From assembly GCA_964016885.1 (NCBI GenBank), contig OZ024742.1:353276001-353340000 (forward strand): DNA of 64,000 nucleotides, given 5' to 3'. Positions 54,415 to 64,000 of this stretch are shown piece after piece. The notes beneath the pieces were generated by a model that saw nothing but the letters and a program-made list of their open reading frames with translations, had not been told where the DNA came from and did not search any database. Positions within the stretch are counted from its first letter, which is position 1. Each line of letters opens with the position of its first letter. The stretch is from Eledone cirrhosa. Its lineage: Eukaryota. A program made the translations under genes and the position numbers.

Positions 54415-54443
54415 CTCGGCCCACATACCGCAACAAAGGTATG

Positions 54444-54736
54444 TGTTTTATCGCATCACCAGTCTGATGAGCAGATCAATACCGGAGTCAGGTCCATAAC
54501 CCCTATGGGTTAACTTGAGTCGTTCCTCTGCGAAACGCGCATAACAAGTCGATACGCAATATATATGTTTCATATGTAAGCTACACTTCATCGTTTTTCT
54601 ATTATATATATATATATAAAACATAAAAATAACGAGGAAGTTTCGCTTACATATGAAACATATATGTTGCGTATCGACTTAGGATTATGGACCTGACTCC
54701 GGTATTGATCTGCTCGTCAGACTGGTTATGCGATAA

Positions 54737-54740
<4 letters not shown>
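54444..54740. mobile_element. Fold-back module centred on (TA)n, with hammerhead motifs
   Basis: 54444-54600 mirrored by about 54620-54740; right arm lacks about 45 bp. Confidence 0.8.
54460..54548 (+). ncRNA. Hammerhead with long stem II
   Basis: gt-CTGATGA-GCAGA...(about 50 nt)...TCTGC-GAAA-cgcgca-TA-ac; stem I weak. Confidence 0.6.
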
Positions 54741-54813
<73 letters not shown>

Positions 54814-54837
54814 GTGGTTACACAACAGTTAATTTTC

Positions 54838-54891
54838 CATACCGAGAACAATTGTTTCAGCTTAGCGGAATCTCAGCTCGTAATCGACATG
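54838..54891 (-). ncRNA. Degenerate hammerhead in (TA)n-bounded island 54811-55090
   Basis: catgtcga-TTACGA-gctgag(attccg)ctaagct-GAAA-caattg-TTC-tcggtatg; 5' core damaged. Confidence 0.45.
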
Positions 54892-55086
54892 TTTATACGG
54901 AACAGGAAGGACAACCGTACGAACGCGCATGCGCATAAACGATCACTTCACTCAGGCAATACTAAATTGCGTGCGAGAGGCGTAAGGGAGTTAACTGCGA
55001 AAGTCCGAATGTGTCTAGTTGATAAGAACATCAGGACGTTGTTGAGTGCTCTACCACTACACGAATATTACCATCCAGTGTTCTAC

Positions 55087-55159
<73 letters not shown>

Positions 55160-57314
55160 AGAGACTTGATCCCTTACAATTTGAACACATGTACCTTTAT
55201 ATCTGTGTTTATCTCTCTTTTATATTTTTAGATATAGATTATTTAATATATACACCGTGTTTAAGATTCATAGTACTTAAATATATGTGGTTAACGTAAC
55301 AAAGCCCGAGAGTTATTTCAGTTATATCATATGTTCTTAACGGTGAGAAAATGTTAACATAGCCGCAGTGAATAATGTTAATCAAATCTTGATAAGCGAT
55401 AAAAAGGTGAGCAATGTAATTTCAATTCATCCACAGCTGAATCCACTTGCAATATAATTATATTTCGGTAGGGATTATTGTTAATTTAAATTGATCTTTG
55501 TCAAATAATGTTAGGTGAGGTCGCTCCCGTTTCTCGCGGTAACATATAATCGTGTTCAATCTTGGCTTATCAGTAATTAAAATTGCACCTCCCCAAACAT
55601 ATCTGTTGTGAACGGTTGCTACGTAATTGACAAAGGAACAACGGAATCTGTCAAATGCAGTGAAGAAATCAGAATAACAGGAAGGATTATATTGCAACAA
55701 TATGAAGAGACATGAAAAACATTGAACGAAGTGTGAATACGCTTCGTTCCTAATATTTTACGAACGTGTACCATGCGATTGCTTAGGATTTAGACAGCTG
55801 CGTGTACAGACATATCTGAGTCAGGACATAACACTTGTAGAAAATGGTTTGAATCCAAGCTACACCTTATTTATTATCGCTTTGTTGATTCTAAGAAATA
55901 TTGTAAAACGTAAGAGGCGATTACATAAGAGCATGCATCAATATTTCTCAAAGTCATTAGTTGCCAATTTGGCTTGAACTTTGTCAGAAAGACTAATTAG
56001 TTAACAATTAGTTAACAGAAAGACGAAAGCAGGACATCGATTCGCGATAAGTTTATTCGAAAGTTTAAGCAGCTGCATGATGCAAGCTGAAGGGGTCAGT
56101 GATTACGTTGGTTCAAACATTATTTGATTTTGTTACGTAATGTGTTGTACACAGATAGATTTATCTTAAATAATTGATGCTGGCAAGATATGAAATGTTT
56201 TTAATATTGAGGATATTTTCTGTAACAAGTGAAAACATTATCCACGTTGATTGGGACATATGTACTTAGCTTTATTACCTGTTATGTTTGTAATAACGAG
56301 TAGAACATATCACTGTCGGTGAAACAGAGATGGCAAACAAGTGAATTTAAGAGAAAAAGTATTCTGGATAAGATGTACTGACATGATTGCAGAAAAGAGA
56401 AGAAAAGCGTAAATAAGTAATGATTCTGTATTCGCAAAGGCACGCATGGACTAAGGACCTGATAGCAGAGGTAGTTGCAGTAGAAGCAAATCTGTAAGCA
56501 ATAAGAGTCATTGTGACTCCGAGTAATACGTCCCAATTAAGTCTTTTCTGTGACATGTGGTTCAGAATACTTGCCAATGTAGCAACAGAGGTGTCCAAAA
56601 TCTCTGATAATTACGCCGTTCTCGGTTAACTTATATCTTCTCTAGTGAATCAATATTTGTTCATCTCTGTAGTATATATTGGAAATAAATAACCGCTGAT
56701 ATTTGACATGTGGTTGCAGCTAAAGGAATTATATGCATATGCTATTGGGGATTGTCAGTGGTATGTGTCCTAGCATTTCTATATATCTGGCGTGATGTAA
56801 TTGTGTATGTTTCTCAACTATCGATGCGAGTCTTTTGCAAAGATTGTCTTTTGCAAAGATTGTCTTTTGCAAATTACAATTTTGTCTTCCCTCCAAATAA
56901 TCACTGTTCATGGAATCATTGGATTTGTTTATGAACATTTATCGTGAGTTATATGATATGTTTGGGATTGACCGCTGTTGTTGGTGATGGCAGGTAGGCC
57001 GTTGCTGCATATAAAGACAACTGAGCAGAGCAGAATTGAATGCTGTTTCCTGGCAAAATTTGCAGATTCTTGGATAGGTTACCATCAACGCTCGATTGGG
57101 GAGTGCAGTCTGATAGGTTTCGAAGAAAAATAGACAGATATTGGCGGTAGCAGCCCAGCTTTGATTGAATATTTGCAAATGGGATAGCTTTTACCCTACA
57201 CGCGTGATTGTCAGGTTCATTAAGATAATTGATATTGTCATGAAATATAGCTGCATTTGATGTTACTCATATTTGAGTAGAGTGAACACGTTTTCTTTTC
57301 TCCAAGCTTCAAAG

Positions 57315-57753
57315 GTTTTGTTTATTAATTGTTTCTACTTTTGGCACAAGGCTAGTATTTATCCAAGTGCATTACTGGCGCTTTATTTTATCGACCCCGT
57401 AAGGAAGAAAGGCAAAGGTAACCTCGTCGGGGTTTCAACTCGGGCTGTAAAGGGGCGTAACTATGCTGCAATGCATGGTGTCCGACCCTCTACCGATACT
57501 GCCAATCCACCACCCTTAGTTTTGTTTAATAATTGTTTCTACTTTTGGCACAAGGCCAGCACTTACCCAGTGCTTTACTGGTACTTTATTTTATCGACCC
57601 CGTAAGGATGAAAGGCAAAGTTAACCTCGGCGGGATTCGAATTCAGAATGGCAAGGTCTGTAACTCTATGTGTCAAAGCATAGCGTCCAACCCTCTACCC
57701 ATACTGCCAATCCACCGCCCTATTGCCAATCCACCGCCCTTTTGTTTTGTTTA
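57315..57753 (-). mobile_element. Tandem SINE dimer with duplicated 5' end
   Basis: GTTTTGTTTA at 57315, 57519 and 57744; 5' ~19 nt duplicated at 57721-57739. Confidence 0.9.
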
Positions 57754-60284
57754 GAAATATCACACAGATATATTTATCAGTTTTGATTCGTTATCCAAAT
57801 GACCAAATCTGAAATTAACAGTTATTTATAGACAATGGAGAAAGCTACTTATCATAATAGAGTTATATATAATAGCATTACATTTAGGAAAACTTATAGA
57901 TGTTTTTATATGCTGTCTAGAAACTTGTTTTTATGAGAGTGGATTAAAATGAAACATCATACAATTTAGATAAATTTTATTAATTTGCCCTTCTGGATAC
58001 AGCCAATTGTTGATTTCGTATTTTGTCACAACGTTGGCGAAATAATTGATGGTTCTGGTTCAATGTAGATGATTGGTAGTACTATTTACATAGCACAATC
58101 ATTACTATTCAATAAGTGTTAATAATATTTGATAATGTTTCTTAAACGTGAATGTAGTAAAATGGTTATAAATTGTTTCTTTGGCACAAGGCCAATGAAA
58201 TTGTTAATACGTTAGTGAATGTACGCAGCTTAGTGATTACAACATTTGGGTTATGATTGAGAATTAATGAATTGAAATCCAAGCAGTACTGTGGGGACAT
58301 CTATAATTCACTTCATTTCACGTTTTTAATTATATAAATAATGAAAAACTGGGGAATGGATACAAAGGGGCAGATCTGTATGTGTAAGAAGGTAAAGGAG
58401 AGGACTATAAATGCCATAAATCTGTATACAAAGAGGGTGCGAGAAGGGGAAAGAGTGCGGCAATACATTCGTCTGTAAATATATATAAGCTGTGCCTTTA
58501 GCACACTAGCCCTACAACGTATCACGATGCATATCCATAGGATTTAAGTTAACGACACACGTGTCTGTTTATTCAGTTTATTCAGATGATCAAATAATTC
58601 GAAAGCCCTTCGCATCAACTAACCGAGATCTAGTAACATCAACAACAACATTAGGTAAAATAAAGCCCTATCGTTTCTGTATATGTTTATGTAGAACCTG
58701 TTTCAGCCATTCATTCTATAAAGTCACTGTGAATATATACATCTCGTCGTCTTTTTGTTTAAGCAGTTTCGTTGACAAAGGAAAACAAAATATTGTTGCG
58801 TCCCTTGTGTTGCACAACTAAGAATTCCACATAAAATTAGTAGAATAATTGAGAATATCTGTTGTTTTATCGTTATATAAAAGTTAATATCATATAAGCT
58901 AGTTATCCCAAAGCAAAACACTATGACATTCAAAATCGTAACCATTTCTAATAATAAAAGAAATAGCAATATATAATGTGAGGTTTTAACTGAAGTAAAA
59001 GTGAATTTAAATAACTCAAATAATGTGATAATAAAAAATAATAATAATATGGTTTTAGTACTGCATTTAATATATTTACAACAACGAATCTTTAATAATA
59101 TAATAATATTTACTGAAATAAACAAAACCATATATAAAATAAACAAAACCATGTATAAAATCAACAAAAGATACAAATATTGTGTTTGTTAATTTTAGAA
59201 TTTATAATACATTTTTATGTAATATCAACACGTAATCCATTAAACATCTGAAATCGATTATACAATTGGAAATTTATGAAGTAAATAATGTATAAACTCC
59301 AAAATTATAACTATTCAATAATCGTTATGTTAATGCCCAATACGTAGTTTATGCATCTCTGTTAATATAACAGACAGAAACTGCTAATTGTTATATATGA
59401 GAGGTGCAGAATATGCAGACTAAATCGTATATTTAAATACAGTTACTTTATGAGGTCAGTTTCTGAACTAATGTTTTATTTGTTTCGTATTTTATCGTCA
59501 ATTTCCTCTTTATCAAATGGACACTTACATTTACGCTGTTTTGTACATAACTGTTTAGCTTAATTTGGAAACCTCGTCACATTTCCTACTCTAAATGATT
59601 TCATTTATATAGATCCAAGTGGGAATGGCCCTCTGCGTACTAATGAGTATAGCGAATATTGTGATAGTAGGATTGTTATCAGAATTCTTCTAATCTTCTA
59701 GAATTCAAAGGAAGCTGAAGATACACACAGAAAACAAATTATTCTGTATATCTTTCACATTAACCTAATCCAATTGTACAAAACTATGTATCATATATCT
59801 AGGAGGCAGAAACGTATATTCACAAATATATAGTAAAATAAGTTGTCTATATATATATATATATATACCATAACCATATAATAAGTATTTATCTGTTGGT
59901 TAATGTAAGGTTAGTCATAATTTATTAAATATACATAACTTTGAAATTTCAATGGAGACTACGGAAATATAATGAAATGCTGATGCAATATAAACCATAA
60001 ACATAACATACTGATTGCCTCACATCGTTAATAGTCAATGTTAATATTAGTTTCCCCTACTTTCTCACCATAAAGCTCGATCTACGCTTCCTTACATCTT
60101 CCCCATGTTCTCATTACTTAATTTTGCTTTCATCTGTCTTTCTCAAATTAGTCAAATTGTCCGGAAAATGTTCAATTGCATGACAAAATATGACAGACAA
60201 CTTTAGACATTTGTTCAATGTAATAAAGATGAGAAAAACATACTGCTCAACATCACAATAATTGGTATCAAGGACATGCTCTCT

Positions 60285-60546
60285 GGATGTTTAATGAGCA
60301 TAGCGATGGATATTACTCAATGTTAGTTAGGTAAGAGAAAAATTGCATTCATCACAAACCAGTTGTCATAATGGATGTTTAATGAGCATAGCGATGAATA
60401 TTACTCAATGTTAGTTAGGTAAGAGAACAATTGCATTCATCCCAAACCAGTTGTCATAATGGATGTTTAATGAACATAGCGATGGATATTACTCAATGTT
60501 AGTTAGGTAAGAGAAAAATTACATTCATCACAAACCAGTTGTCATA
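60285..60546. repeat. Minisatellite, 3 x 88 bp
   Basis: GGATGTTTAATGA.CATAGCGATG... at 60285, 60373 and 60461. Confidence 0.95.
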
Positions 60547-60816
60547 GTGTTAGTCACCAATGTAAAATATATTATTTTAATACATGTTCAGAAATGTAAT
60601 AATCACTTGACTCATTATATAAAAAATATACTAAATTTGAAACAATCTGATTATATATCCCCAATGAGCCTTCAACTCAGAAATTATCTATTTCTGTAGG
60701 TACAACACAAGCCCTTCCTAAATCCTCAGGAACTATACAAGCCGGGTCTACTATTTACATAACATTGCGTATATTTAAAGGAATGCGAAGATTTGAATAT
60801 TAATGGAGAGCAACTG

Positions 60817-60917
60817 AAAGGATGGTAGTGAAACTAACCTAACTATATGTAATAATAGACGTTATTGAAGGATGGCAGGCAAGCCAACCTAACTACATTT
60901 AAAATAGACGTTATTGA
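60817..60917. repeat. Imperfect 2 x ~51-bp tandem repeat
   Basis: AAGGATGG...AACCTAACTA...ATAGACGTTATTGA occurs twice. Confidence 0.7.
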
Positions 60918-61254
60918 TTCGGAATCCTCTGGTGAGAAGCATCCATTATATTAAGTTATTAATTAGAATATGATATCCATATTATAATTTTAAAAGAATA
61001 TATTGCTATAAGCAAACAGGTGCTTATTTAATTCGAAATATTACATTTGCATTATTACTTAATATGAACTATCAACTGTATAATGCTTCTGTGTTGCTAT
61101 CTTCAAGTTGATTCAGAAAGAAATAAACACATTCCGAATTATATTTATAATTATGATATTTCTAAACCATGTGTCGGTAGCAATGATGATTCTGCAACGG
61201 TGCTAAACAACGGTGCTTTTTTAAAGGCTAAGCGCTGTATTCACTTACGTTGTT

Positions 61255-61292
<38 letters not shown>

Positions 61293-61367
61293 GATATGTA
61301 TATATATATATACATATATATATAAATATTTGTGTGTGTGTATATATACACAGAGAAACACACACAT

Positions 61368-61502
<135 letters not shown>

Positions 61503-61699
61503 TGTTGTTTGTTCACTTTCCTCTGTCCCGATAACTTAATTAGGTTATCGCTCACACGGATTTTAGTTATCTAGTCTTTAATGCGAAGAAATACCAATGA
61601 GAATCATCAGACTATGATGACGGACTTTTTTCGGACTATTTTTATTCATATGTTAATATAATATTCGCAACAACGCAGCACGCCATATTTAATTTATAT

Positions 61700-62130
61700 G
61701 TCTATTCTAAGGCGGGTAAAATTCCCGATATCCATGGACGAGTTCTCTCCAGCGGGCTCTGTCCCTCATTATCGCTGCCATGTCCTGCGTCTCCAACATA
61801 CCAGTGTCTGTCCTTAGGGCATCAACATACGTTAACCTTGGTCTTCCACTTCTAGTGTGTCCATGTAGGGGCTCCCAAAGGAGCACGGAGTGCAATGTAA
61901 ACTCTGGATGTCGGTGAGCATGTCCAGCTAACCTCAGTTTCCTCTGTATCACTTTTGAACTGACTTTTGGGATGCTCTTAAACAGCTCTGAGTTTTTCAT
62001 CCTCAGTGTATACTGATTAATGTTCAGAGCCATCCTCAGCATTCTCGTGTAGCATCCATCCACCACATGAGTGAGTTTCTTAGTCAGTGTCCAAGTCTCA
62101 GACCCATGCAACAACACAGACTCCACTACT
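61700..62130 (-). mobile_element. RTE-clade LINE 3' fragment
   Basis: VESVLLHGSETWTLT..DGCYTRMLRMAL..RKLRLAGH.HRH..LLWEP.HG..SGRP.LTYVD. Confidence 0.85.
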
Positions 62131-63564
62131 AAATTTAGATAAATCAAATGAAATTAATCTAAATCAAAATTATTGGTGTCAGGCCACAAGACATGCGCCA
62201 TATCACCCGCAAAATAAGCTCTAAAATTCTAACGAGTTGGTCCGAGCATTTTATAATAACTAGAAATTGATTATCATATAAATAAAAATGACTAATCACA
62301 GGAGATACTTTTTACAAATGTGTAACCACACACATCTAGGTAGGTAACTAAATAAAGTTGACCAGAACTTCAAGTATAGATACCTTATAATATGATTAAT
62401 CTTCCCTGTATATATTCCATTAAAGGAACATATTTCACCAATTAATCGGATGGTAAACCACGGAAGTGGATACTTGGATTTTCAACAAGGAAGAAGTTCC
62501 AGCGATATGTGTTTACACTTCAAGTTCAAATCAGCGACTGGCCAGCAACACGTGCTATATCTACTAGAAATGCACACATAATACTAGCTTCGTGCCAGTG
62601 ACGTGAATAGGGTTATCGACAACTAGAAACAGCAGTCGATAACCCTATTCGCGTCACTGACACGAAGCTAGTATTATGTGTGTATTTCTAGTAGATATAG
62701 CACGTGTTGCTGGCCAGTAGCTAATTTTAACTTGAAGTGTAAACACAGATCGCTGGAACTTCTTCCTTGTTGACAATCCAATTATCCACTTCCGTGTTTT
62801 ACCATCCGATTAATTGGTGAAATATGTTTCTTTAATGGAATATATACAGGGAAGATTAATCATATTATAAGGTATGTATTTATGAAGTTCTGGTCAAATT
62901 TATTTAGTTACCTACCTAGCTATGCGTTGTTACACACTTGTAAAAATGATCTCCTGTTATTATTCCTGTTTATTTATATGTTAATCAATTTCTAGTTATT
63001 ATAAAATGCTCGGACCTACTCGTTAGAATCTTAGAGCTTATTTTGCGGACAATATGGCACATGTCTTTCTGGCATGAAACACATAATTTTGATTTAGATT
63101 AAATTCATTTGATTTATCTTAATTTTGGATATAGATACATAAATACGGCTCCTTAATTGTAGAGCTACCTCTGTTCAAAGGACTCGACTGCTGTTTCTAG
63201 TTGTTGATAATCCTATTCACCCCACTGGGACGAAGCTAGTATTATGTGTGTATTTCTAGTAGATATAGCACGTGCTGCTGGCCAGTCGCTGATTTTAACT
63301 TGAAGTGTAAACACGGATCGCTGGAGGTTCTTCATTGTTGAGAATCCACGTATCCACGTCCGTAGTTTAGCATCCGATTAATTGGTGAAATATGTTTCTT
63401 TAATGGAATATATACAGGGAAGATTAATCATATTATAAGGTATCTATTTTTGAAGTTCTGGTCAACTTTATTTAGTTACCTACCTAGCTATGTGTGGTTA
63501 CACACTTGTAAAAATTATCTCCTGTTATTATTCATGTTTATTTATATGTTAATCAATTTCTAGT

Positions 63565-63571
<7 letters not shown>
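62131..63571. mobile_element. Non-coding inverted-plus-tandem element, about 568-bp unit
   Basis: Arms 62131-62620 / 62635-63125 are reverse complements; 62635 recurs at 63203; ends in (TA)n. Confidence 0.85.
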
Positions 63572-63609
<38 letters not shown>

Positions 63610-63917
63610 TTTTTATTTGGATACGTTTTGATGTTTATTTGACCAGATTAATATGTATTTGGTGTGTCTGTATGTTAATAAATGTCTTAATCATTTTGTT
63701 AATAATATTTTGTGTATTTAAATCTAATTAGTCATTCATTTAGACTGTTTCTTTATTGTTTTAAAATATATATTTCCTATATAAATTGCAATCTAATAAT
63801 GTATATTGATACTTACGTGTTTCAGTAAATGTTATTAAATACATTCATATTTAGAGGGACAAGTTGCTGAAATATCCATCTAGATAATATTAAATAGTAT
63901 TATTAAATCATTTAATT

Positions 63918-64000
63918 AGGGAGGTGGATTGGCCGTATCGGTAGAGGGTCGGACACCATGCTTTCCAGCATAGTTACGTCCATTTACGATCTGAGTTCAA
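63918..64000 (+). mobile_element. SINE 5' part, runs off window
   Basis: GGGAGGTGGATTGGCCGTATCGGTAGAGGGTCGG...GAGTTCAA. Confidence 0.85.

Noticed and set aside
56400-56520. DLIAEVVAVEAN resembling a DNA-transposon motif
   Set aside because: A single short match amid stops; unsupported.
60285-60546. 3 x 88-bp repeat as a CRISPR-like array
   Set aside because: No unique spacers and a eukaryotic context; ordinary minisatellite.

Overview
AT-rich, microsatellite-dense animal DNA with no supportable host gene. It is most likely a coleoid cephalopod such as Octopus, inferred from the SINE family and repeat landscape. The window is almost entirely transposon-derived: three Tx1/L1-clade LINEs (two head-to-tail at 1-9305, one TSD-flanked at 40514-45594), two decayed Penelope-like elements (PLEs) plus a PLE 3' fragment, CRE- and RTE-clade fragments, an internally deleted mariner, a hAT/Charlie element with TIRs and TSD, and about 15 tRNA-derived SINE copies, several in tandem. 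The most notable signal is a set of sequence-unrelated, non-coding modules, mostly bounded by (TA)n, built as fold-back palindromes and/or partial tandem repeats (units of about 317, 523, 568 and 626 bp). Most carry minimal type I hammerhead ribozyme (HHR) motifs, including U3-A8 compensatory core variants and long stem-II insertions. This looks like a diverse PLE-mobilised, retrozyme-like system. A second signal is a candidate 51-53 nt intron over the ORF1 stop codon in two diverged Tx1 families, which would fuse ORF1 to ORF2 in frame. All motifs were read by eye; no folding, alignment or database search was run.
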